Shown here: piece by piece, positions 28,957 to 36,730 of the stretch
Numbering within the stretch: the first letter of the stretch is position 1
Layout of the letters: each line of letters opens with the position of its first letter
DNA from: an uncultured Lachnospiraceae bacterium
GTDB taxonomy: Bacteria; Bacillota; Clostridia; Lachnospirales; Lachnospiraceae
Length of the DNA: 64,000 nucleotides
Direction of reading: 5' to 3'
Assembly (NCBI GenBank): GCA_947626795.1
Contig: CANQTH010000001.1
Span: forward strand, 37,554-101,553
Notes under the pieces: model-generated
The model's database searches: none
What the model was told of the DNA's origin: nothing
What the model saw: the letters and a program-made list of their open reading frames with translations, nothing else
Position numbers and translations under genes: made by a program

Positions 28957-31692
28957 TCACTGCAATGCAAAATTGAACGGGCGGTACAGATCCTGCTCCA
29001 CGCAATAGCAGACAAAATTGCCCGATTCATAATATACCTTCATATCGTCCGGGTACAGCTTTTGGAACGCCTGCGCCCAGCGGTACAATTTCGACATCTC
29101 GATCAGGCGGTTATGTCCCTGGTACATCGTGATCCCGGACCCGCCCGGGAGCGGCTCCGCGGCCGCCTCGTCCGAGACTTCCGGCTCGTCCCCCCGATAC
29201 GCCCTCGCGTACACGATCGGCACTTTCTCAATGAAAAAATAGACTTTCGCCGTCGGAATGGTGATCACTGTGTCCCCGAGCTTCTCGACGTCCTTCAAAA
29301 ACGTATGCACCTCATGGTGATACCCGAAATCCTCCCCCATACGCAGCTCATCGTTGGCGGAGCAGATCGTCCATGTGAAATTTTCGTTGTCATGGATGAT
29401 ATTCGTCAGGCACATGATCGCGTCGTTCGTCTGCAGCGGCTGCCGGTCCGGCGGATTCCGGATCAGCCCTTCCTGGTCCGCGTAGCATACCACGGCCGCC
29501 AGCGCAGCCAGGGAAAGGACGTTCTTTACCCACCGCAGCCATCTCCACTGCGCCCATCCTAAGAAAAGCTGCAGCACGGCGTCCACGCACAGGCTCCACG
29601 CCGCCGCAAGCACATAGGCGAAAAAGATACAGGTCCGGATCGCGTCCATGAGCGTCGGAAGCCCCAGCCGGGAGGACGCCTGCAGGATCGCGAGCACAAA
29701 CAGCCCCGCCGAGAGGGAGAGGCACCTCGCCCCATAATCCGCCTGGCGTATCAGGAAAAACAGCAGCGAGATCGCAGCCAGAAACGCGATCGCCCCGACC
29801 AGCGCCATCTGAAATACCGGATAGCTGTCCGAGATGATATAGATCTCCATGGCATTCCAGAACGCGTCAAAAGCAGAGCGCGCTTTCGCCGTCAGCCGCT
29901 CCATGAGCGGCTCTTTTTTCACAGGCGCAATCTGGCCGCCCTGCTGCACATTCCCCAAATCCCCGCCGCTTATCCCGGCGGTTCCTCCCATGCCCTGCAT
30001 ATCCTGCCCCTGCGCGGTTCCACCAGCCTGCTGCTGCACGGTTCCCACAGGCTGCGCCTGCTCCGTCGTCTGCACGGTATCCTTGTTGCCCTTGCCGGAA
30101 ATGACGTTCATGCCCCAGCCGAGCGACCCCTGCAGGGGCGTCCCCATCAGGAACGCGACGAACATCGGGAAAATCGAGATTGCGAGGGAAGCGATCCCGG
30201 CCAGCATGACCTTCCGAAAATACTTCGGGCGGAACAAGCGGAACCCGTACCCGACAGCCACGCCGACGCACAGAAGCCCCGCGATCATCGTATCGTAAAA
30301 ATGCGCGGAAAGCGACATGCCAAAACTGATGGCGAATCCCGCCAAATACCAGAAATCCTCTGTTTTTGGCTTCCGCTCTTTGCCCGCCCTCTTTTCCTTC
30401 CTTTTCGTGATCCATCTTAAAAGCCTTGCCCTTATGCCTCTGCGCCCCTCCGCGGCCAGCTCCGGTTTTTCGGATTCTATCCCGGCTGCCGCAAGGCCTT
30501 CTTCGGACAGTTCCGCCTCGATCCCGGCTACCGCAAGGCCTTCTTCGGGCCATTCCATTTCTGCATCGTCGTCCACGTCCCAGTCCCAGTCATCGGCAGT
30601 TTTTGTTTTCGCTTTCTTCGGCTCTACCCCGGCTGCCGCAAGGCCTTCTTCGGGCAGTTCCGCTTTTGCATCGCCGTCCAGATCCCAATCCCGGTCGTTG
30701 GATGTTTTTGTTTTCTCTTTTTCCGATTCCACCACGGCAGAGGCCGTTTCCTGCTCTCCATCCGTTTTTTGCTCCTTTTCCGCCTTATCCAGTTCCTTCC
30801 TCTTCTTAAAGAACGCGAACAGATAATAGATCGGCGGCAGGATGAAGAGCATACCGAACTCCTGCGGCAGCGTGCTGAAATAGCGGATATACGTATTTTC
30901 GCCGAATATTCCCAGGAACACATACAGGAACATCCCGATATACGGCGCAAATTTGGACTTGCAGCAATACTTGGCGAACGCAAGCAGCATATAATGTATC
31001 ATCAGGTTCTGTGCGAAGCAGAATACCCGCAGCAGCACATAAGTCGGTATGGAAAATATCTCATGCAGGAAATACATGACGCAATGGAAGCCGAACGGAT
31101 AGATGCCCGCGACAAAGATCTGATTCTTCCCCAGGTAATTGATCCAATAATTATGCACCGGGAGGTCTGACTCGCAATAGCCGTAATGCCGCAGGAGGTT
31201 CGTGCCGTACATATAGCAAAGCCCCGCCGTCAGCGTGGCAAACAGTAGGATATCGGGAAGATTCCTCCCGATGCGCACAAACAGCCCCTTCACCGCCCTT
31301 TTCATCTGCTTCCAGACGACCGCGCGGACGCGGCGCAAAAACAGTCGGATCCCGAACTGCCCGCCCGCTATGCGCTCCAGGCGGTCGAACCCCGCGCGCA
31401 CCGCACGCACCGGATTCTTTTTGTACAGATAGGTGTAGATCCCCACGCACGGGATCACGGTAAACAAAAATAAGGTCGCGCGGTTTGAGATGTGAAGCAG
31501 TTCCAACAGGAACACCAGGTTCATCATATAGAAATTTCCCACCATCTGGTAGGTGATGAACCGCTCGCAGAACCGCAGGCGCCGGATCTTCCGGTACAGC
31601 AGCACCGCCGGGAGCAAAAATGTCATCACAAGATAAGCCGCAAGGCACCCCGCCCATTGCAGGATCGTCAAAACTTCCATTGGCACTGCCAT
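28957..31692 (-). CDS. Large polytopic membrane protein, possible GT-C glycosyltransferase
   Basis: Many TM helices; loop GYCESDLPVHNYW..GIYPFGFH; PQEFG; acidic repeat insertion; soluble C-terminal domain. Confidence 0.5.
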   Translation of the reverse strand: MAVPMEVLTILQWAGCLAAYLVMTFLLPAVLLYRKIRRLRFCERFITYQMVGNFYMMNLVFLLELLHISNRATLFLFTVIPCVGIYTYLYKKNPVRAVRAGFDRLERIAGGQFGIRLFLRRVRAVVWKQMKRAVKGLFVRIGRNLPDILLFATLTAGLCYMYGTNLLRHYGYCESDLPVHNYWINYLGKNQIFVAGIYPFGFHCVMYFLHEIFSIPTYVLLRVFCFAQNLMIHYMLLAFAKYCCKSKFAPYIGMFLYVFLGIFGENTYIRYFSTLPQEFGMLFILPPIYYLFAFFKKRKELDKAEKEQKTDGEQETASAVVESEKEKTKTSNDRDWDLDGDAKAELPEEGLAAAGVEPKKAKTKTADDWDWDVDDDAEMEWPEEGLAVAGIEAELSEEGLAAAGIESEKPELAAEGRRGIRARLLRWITKRKEKRAGKERKPKTEDFWYLAGFAISFGMSLSAHFYDTMIAGLLCVGVAVGYGFRLFRPKYFRKVMLAGIASLAISIFPMFVAFLMGTPLQGSLGWGMNVISGKGNKDTVQTTEQAQPVGTVQQQAGGTAQGQDMQGMGGTAGISGGDLGNVQQGGQIAPVKKEPLMERLTAKARSAFDAFWNAMEIYIISDSYPVFQMALVGAIAFLAAISLLFFLIRQADYGARCLSLSAGLFVLAILQASSRLGLPTLMDAIRTCIFFAYVLAAAWSLCVDAVLQLFLGWAQWRWLRWVKNVLSLAALAAVVCYADQEGLIRNPPDRQPLQTNDAIMCLTNIIHDNENFTWTICSANDELRMGEDFGYHHEVHTFLKDVEKLGDTVITIPTAKVYFFIEKVPIVYARAYRGDEPEVSDEAAAEPLPGGSGITMYQGHNRLIEMSKLYRWAQAFQKLYPDDMKVYYESGNFVCYCVEQDLYRPFNFALQ

Positions 31693-31714
31693 CACCTCCT
31701 TTTTCTCCGTATCT

Positions 31715-31880
31715 CATGCGCCCGTTTAGCTGAATTCCTGTGCGGCCCTAACGCCGCCTGTTTGCTGAACTCCCGGGCGATCTGACGCCGCCCGCTTAGC
31801 TAAACTCCGGAGCGGCCCTAACGCCGCCCGCTTAGCTGAACTCCCGGGCAATCTAACGCCGCCCGCTTAGCTGAACGTCC
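31715..31880. repeat. About 35-bp tandem repeat x5 anchored on the pelE stop codon
   Basis: ACGCCGCCCGCTTAGCTGAAC-like units at about 31721, 31751, 31785, 31821 and 31856. Confidence 0.8.
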
Positions 31881-33273
31881 GGATCAGCGCCAGCGTCTCC
31901 CGGTCGATCACGATGCTCGACTTTTTCAACGCCTCCAGCGTCTCAAAAAATTTATCCTTCTGCTGCGACGTAAAATACAGCTTCAGCTTGCTCGTGTAGC
32001 TGGAAAGCTCGTCCGGATACTGCTCCGCCGCGCGGTCGCACCACTTTTCCATCTCCTCAAAATCCTTCACGTCCAGCAGACGCAGGCAGATCCACTCATA
32101 ATACTGGCTGGTAAAGCGATATCGGTTCTTGCGGTAGAGCGTCTCGCCCACCTCGGAAAAGATCTTTACCATGTTCGCCTGCTCCATCTCCGTGAAGACC
32201 TTCTGCTCTAACACATTGTTCATATAAGGGATCAGGTAGTATTCGCAATCCGTCTCCCCGTCCTCTTCTTTCTCAATCTCACGCCGGACTTTCTGCACAT
32301 TCCCGCGGAAATTATTCAGCTCGTCCTGCAAAACGGAAGCCGCGTAATGCGACGTCTCGGAGTCCTGGCTGTTTAGGGCCAGCGCGATCGCAGCTAAGGA
32401 ATTTTGGACGTCGCCTCGGATGACGTTCAGCATCAGGCTCCGCAGGCTCTCCTTGTCGCTGACAGCGATCGCCTCTTCCAACGGGGCCATGTTCCGCTCC
32501 CGTTCCTCGTCCGCGCGGTCGTTCGTCCGCACGCGCTCTTTGCTGAAAACGACGTCTTCTAAGCTGACGTCCTGCCGGAACACGAACAGGAACAGCAAAT
32601 GGCCCACTCCGAAGAAGATCGGCCCAACGACCGGGCAGAACAGCATGATGAAAAACCGAATGACATATACGATCCTGCCGTCCTGCATCGGGATTTCTTC
32701 CTCCTCGGGCTTCCCGCCCTCTTCCAAGTCGCCCCGTATCTCATCCAAAACAGGCGTGTGGGACCGTTTCCCTGCGGTGGCTTCTTTCGCCTCCGGCTTT
32801 TCTTCCGCGGCTTCTTCTTTCTCGGGCTTCCCGTCCTCTTCTTTCCGGACGTCCCGAGCCTGATCATCGTCCTCGGAATCCTTGCCGCTTTCTCCGTCTT
32901 CCCCCGGCTTCCCGCCCTCTTCTTTCCGAACGTCCCGAGCCTGATCATCGTCCTCGGAATCCTTGCCGCTTTCTCCGTCTTCCCCCGGCTTCCCACCCTC
33001 TTCTTTTCGGACGTCCCGAGTCTGATCCTCGTCCTCGGAATTTTCGCCCTCTTCTTCCTGGATATCCCGAGCCCAATCATCGTCCTCGGAATCTTCTCCG
33101 TCCTCTTCATCCGCGTCGCCCACGGCCTCCCGGATCACGTCCAACCCTGTCTTCTCTTCCGCCTCTTTTTTCTCCCGCCTCCGGATGTAGGACAGCCCGA
33201 AGATCAGATATAACACAGATACGATCGTGTTCACCAGGAGAATGCAGCAGAAGACGATCTCCCTTCCCGTCAT
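31867..33273 (-). CDS. pelE: PelE-like protein with acidic repeat insertion
   Basis: TM, PLEEAI..DSETSHYAAS, helical C-terminus; follows pelD; 78-bp tandem repeat at about 32841-32996. Confidence 0.7.
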   Translation of the reverse strand: MTGREIVFCCILLVNTIVSVLYLIFGLSYIRRREKKEAEEKTGLDVIREAVGDADEEDGEDSEDDDWARDIQEEEGENSEDEDQTRDVRKEEGGKPGEDGESGKDSEDDDQARDVRKEEGGKPGEDGESGKDSEDDDQARDVRKEEDGKPEKEEAAEEKPEAKEATAGKRSHTPVLDEIRGDLEEGGKPEEEEIPMQDGRIVYVIRFFIMLFCPVVGPIFFGVGHLLFLFVFRQDVSLEDVVFSKERVRTNDRADEERERNMAPLEEAIAVSDKESLRSLMLNVIRGDVQNSLAAIALALNSQDSETSHYAASVLQDELNNFRGNVQKVRREIEKEEDGETDCEYYLIPYMNNVLEQKVFTEMEQANMVKIFSEVGETLYRKNRYRFTSQYYEWICLRLLDVKDFEEMEKWCDRAAEQYPDELSSYTSKLKLYFTSQQKDKFFETLEALKKSSIVIDRETLALIRTFS

Positions 33274-35468
33274 ATCCCCACATCCTCTTGAATGAAGCTT
33301 CGGTACCCGACATTCTCAAACCGCCGGATCACAAAATCGGCGTCCGCCTCATTTGTATTAGAAAGCAGCGCGTAAAGCCGCCCGTTTGCCATCTTCCCGA
33401 TATAATCGCTCTGGCGCATCAGCTTCGCCAGCTCGTCGCCGGATTTTTCCAGATCTTTCCCATCCGTCTCGATCTCCAATATAGCGCATTCCGTAAGCCC
33501 CTTGTTCCTGGCGGTCAGATATGCGCGGACCAGCGACTCGAACGCGTCCGTGTCCAGCACTTTCGTCCCCTCCAGATACCGCTGCTGCTCCAGGGCATCC
33601 AGGTAGCGGTTCGCGCGCAGCACGGCGTTCTGGATCAGGTAGCCGATGATGATCAGCATGTTCGCCTGGCTGAGAGTCATGCGTTCCCACGGGATCCCCC
33701 AGACCATCAGGATCAGCTGCATCTCGTCCTCCGCGAAGATGGCGTCCGCCATCAGCGGGTACTGCGGATCCATGCTCCGGTTGATAAACACGCGTTTTTC
33801 CTTCAGGAGGCTGTACATATCCTCCATCTTCGTATATTCAATGGAATTGCCCAATTCCCTCGCCTTCGGCGAAGTCGCGGAAAAAAGACGCGCAAAAGAA
33901 CGGTTCGCGACCGTGTAGATCGCCACGTCCTTGCTGTCCACCAGGCGCGCGAGGACTTCAGCCGCATAAAACAGCACCTCCGACGGCTCGTACTGATCCA
34001 GGCTGGACGTAATCTCATAGATTTTCCCGAAACTGTCATTCTGGTTGACAAGCTGCACCTCCAGCATATTCTTAATGCGGACGTTGCTTGTGTTGATGTC
34101 CTGGATGTCGTCCAGCTGCGTCACCATATATTGGACTTCGTGCTTATTCTCATTGCGGATATTGCGCAGCCTGTCCTTCATATAGCCGACCGCCAGTCCC
34201 AGGATGAAAAGCTGCGCGATCCAGACATACGTGTTGTAATCCAGCAGGACTTCCAGCCCCGTACGGGTGTACATCTGCCGGAAGCAGTAGCCCCCGACCG
34301 CCAGCACCGCCGAAAACGTCGCCTGCTGCTGCCCGTACACGATCGCGAACAGAAGCACATACAGCAGATAAAAGTCCAGGTTCGCGAAATACCTGCTCCC
34401 GACCGCCCGGTTGTTCAGCATGAAAAACGGGATGAAGCAGACCATATTTTCAATAAAAGGGACCAGCGCGGTAAAAATGACGCGGAACGTCTGCCGCCAG
34501 CTCCGGTTCCGCTTCCCGCGGATATCCTCCACGTCGACAAAGCTGCTGCTGTATTTCCGGATGTACCTTACCATCTTGACGGCGACCTCGTTGACATGAT
34601 GGAAGATCGTCAGACCGAACTCGCTCGCGAACGCGCGGTTCTCCAAGATCACGCGCACCGTGCCGCCCACGGTGTTGTCCGTGATGGACGCCTCTTTTCC
34701 CATCTCCTTCTGGATCATCTTGGCGAGATCCATTTCGTTGATCTCCTCGCCAGATGAGATATGGTAAAGCCCCTGCTTGAGTTCCGGGGCGGCGACCACT
34801 TTATAGATCGCCTCCACCGCGTCGTCCACGTACAGCATGGAAAAGACCTTGTTCGCATTCGCCTGGATATACCCCGTGCGGACGGCCTCAACGCACATCT
34901 TCGCGCAGGGATTGGACTCGACCGCGTACTGGTTCGCCCCGCCGCTCCGATCCGGCATCATATACAGATGGTCCATGCGCAGGATCACCGTATCGACGCC
35001 CATCGTCTGCTTATAGTTCCGGCAGACCTCCTCTCCCTGGACGATCGCCACGCTCCGGAAACTGTAAGCCGACGGCTCCTCCCGCTCGTCGATGTCGTTC
35101 GGGTACGACTGGGAATAGACCTCCTCCGAAGAAAGGTAGATGAACCGACCGCCTTTCAGCATGGAAAACGACGTGAGGACGTTCTGCAGGGCCGTCTGGT
35201 AACGCACGGACTCTTTCCGGGGATCCGACCAGTCGAAATTGGAATCGTACACGCCCAGGAAGATCGTGACATTCGGGCGGACGCTGTCGAAAATCTCCTT
35301 GAGGCAGTCGCTCTCGTACGGGAAACGGTATTTCTCGTAGGCGTTCTTATAGCTGCCGACCTGCGTCTTGCTCCCGGTCAGCACATAGCAGCGATGCCCC
35401 TCTTTATTCAGCTTGTTTATCATCGTCCTCATCAGCTCATTGTCGCTGCCGACCAGCAAAATCTCCAT
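33270..35468 (-). CDS. pelD: PelD-like protein fused to an N-terminal degenerate NAD-epimerase domain
   Basis: SDR-fold N-terminus (YLSSEEVY), TM bundle, GAF-like region, degenerate GGDEF with RxxD (RQSD). Confidence 0.72.
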   Translation of the reverse strand: MEILLVGSDNELMRTMINKLNKEGHRCYVLTGSKTQVGSYKNAYEKYRFPYESDCLKEIFDSVRPNVTIFLGVYDSNFDWSDPRKESVRYQTALQNVLTSFSMLKGGRFIYLSSEEVYSQSYPNDIDEREEPSAYSFRSVAIVQGEEVCRNYKQTMGVDTVILRMDHLYMMPDRSGGANQYAVESNPCAKMCVEAVRTGYIQANANKVFSMLYVDDAVEAIYKVVAAPELKQGLYHISSGEEINEMDLAKMIQKEMGKEASITDNTVGGTVRVILENRAFASEFGLTIFHHVNEVAVKMVRYIRKYSSSFVDVEDIRGKRNRSWRQTFRVIFTALVPFIENMVCFIPFFMLNNRAVGSRYFANLDFYLLYVLLFAIVYGQQQATFSAVLAVGGYCFRQMYTRTGLEVLLDYNTYVWIAQLFILGLAVGYMKDRLRNIRNENKHEVQYMVTQLDDIQDINTSNVRIKNMLEVQLVNQNDSFGKIYEITSSLDQYEPSEVLFYAAEVLARLVDSKDVAIYTVANRSFARLFSATSPKARELGNSIEYTKMEDMYSLLKEKRVFINRSMDPQYPLMADAIFAEDEMQLILMVWGIPWERMTLSQANMLIIIGYLIQNAVLRANRYLDALEQQRYLEGTKVLDTDAFESLVRAYLTARNKGLTECAILEIETDGKDLEKSGDELAKLMRQSDYIGKMANGRLYALLSNTNEADADFVIRRFENVGYRSFIQEDVGI

Positions 35469-35537
35469 ATCTACCTCCCTTGGGCCTTTCCGGAAACAGG
35501 ATCGGAACTATCCGGCGCCAAGGCCCGCAAGCGGATC

Positions 35538-35789
35538 TTAAAACCCCGCCGCCCGCAAACCTTCCAAAAATTGCCGGGTGTCCTCCGCGGCCTCCGCCCG
35601 GCTGATCCCGTACTGCCCGCTTAGGTACGCCGCGATCTCTTCCACGCCCGCGCCGCCGTCCGCAAGCTCCCATATTTTTGCCGCGCTCTCGTTCAGCTCG
35701 ATCGGCGGCTTGTAATGCTTCCCGTCCTGCTCCATGTCCAGAAGCCAGTAGCTTCCCGCCGCTTCCCTGAGCCTGTGCCTTTTCTCCAT
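35538..35789 (-). CDS. PqqD-family RiPP recognition element (stand-alone RRE)
   Basis: 83 aa; LNESAAKIWE...VEEIAAYLSGQYGISRAEAAEDTRQFLEGL is the PqqD wHTH pattern. Confidence 0.85.
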   Translation of the reverse strand: MEKRHRLREAAGSYWLLDMEQDGKHYKPPIELNESAAKIWELADGGAGVEEIAAYLSGQYGISRAEAAEDTRQFLEGLRAAGF

Positions 35790-35829
35790 CCGCATCCCCT
35801 CGTTACCAAAACCCATGCCCCGCAGCCGC

Positions 35830-35925
35830 CCGCCTCTCTTAAAGAGGGCCTCGTTTCCTGCGGTTCACAATGCGCTGCGCCTTGCAATCATCCGCCTCTC
35901 TTAAAGAGGGCCTCGTTTCCTGCGG
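35830..35925. repeat. 34-bp exact duplication of the S26 peptidase 3' end (period 62)
   Basis: CCGCCTCTCTTAAAGAGGGCCTCGTTTCCTGCGG at 35830 and 35892. Confidence 0.9.
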
Positions 35926-36347
35926 AACAAAACGTGGATCGCCACCGCCACCTTGTGGCGGATCGGGCGCATCCGCAGCCACAAAGCGGCATACAGGCGG
36001 TAAGGGACGGATCGGACGGCGCATTGCCTTCCCTTCCGCACGAAAGCCACCATCTTTCCCCGGAGCTGATCTTCCCGGAGCGGCCCTTCCACCTGCGTCT
36101 GGTTGTCGCCCACCATATAATACCCATCCGGCCCCGCCTTCCAAACGCGATGCAGCACCAGGATGCCGCCGTCCCTCCGGTAAAGCACGACGTCCCCGCG
36201 CCCGGGCCGCCCGTCAAGCGGCTCGATGACGACGCTGTCCCGTCCCGGCACGAGCGTCGGGTACATACTGTAGCCGTTTACCGCCGTCTGGATCATCTTC
36301 CCTTCCCGCAGCAACTGCTCGATATCAATTTTGGCTTCCATGCCCAT
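35901..36347 (-). CDS. S24/S26-family peptidase
   Basis: GYSMYPTL (catalytic Ser), GDVVLYRR, LHRV (His in place of Lys), GDN; no N-terminal TM. Confidence 0.82.
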   Translation of the reverse strand: MGMEAKIDIEQLLREGKMIQTAVNGYSMYPTLVPGRDSVVIEPLDGRPGRGDVVLYRRDGGILVLHRVWKAGPDGYYMVGDNQTQVEGPLREDQLRGKMVAFVRKGRQCAVRSVPYRLYAALWLRMRPIRHKVAVAIHVLFRRKRGPL

Positions 36348-36509
36348 CCCTGCCGATCCGCTGTATTCCTTCCGGAACTTTGCGCCTGCCGCAAAGCCCG
36401 GCTATTTTTCCACGTCATTTTATTATAGCATTCTTTGTCTGAAAATGCTATAGCCTAATCAGAAAAAGGTTTTAACGGTTTTAACCGTAATCTCTTAAAA
36501 AATCCCCCA

Positions 36510-36560
36510 AAAAAAGGCTGCCGCGATCGATCTGTCCATCGGTTGCGGCGGCCCTTTTCC
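36510..36560 (-). terminator. Intrinsic terminator after the GRE operon
   Basis: GGCTGCCGCGATCG...CGGTTGCGGCGGCC stem flanked by A/T runs. Confidence 0.6.
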
Positions 36561-36712
36561 TGCGCCTGGCTCAAACTATCCGTATTTTCTGCTCTAAGCC
36601 CAAACTATCCGTATTTCCTGCGCCTGGCCCAAACTATCTATATTTCCTGCTCTAAGCCCAAACTATCCGTATTTCCCGCGCCTGGCCCACACTATCTATA
36701 TTTCCTGCGCCC
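36556..36712. repeat. 29-bp tandem array x5 (alternating A/B units)
   Basis: CA(A/C)ACTATC at 36572, 36601, 36630, 36659 and 36688. Confidence 0.85.
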
Positions 36713-36730
36713 GGTCTAACAATCCCGCAT

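Noticed and set aside
33288-34757. Long plus-strand ORF (489 aa), and likewise 21412-22896, 9227-10354, 60382-61764
   Set aside because: Antisense shadows of well-supported genes caused by GC-rich codon bias or repeats; no RBS or motifs.
11377-36347. Canonical lasso peptide or radical-SAM RiPP cluster
   Set aside because: No asparagine-synthetase-like cyclase, B2 protease or SPASM maturase; the post-leader region is ~125 aa with no ring-sized core.
36556-36712. CRISPR array
   Set aside because: Contiguous 29-bp units with no unique spacers and no cas genes.
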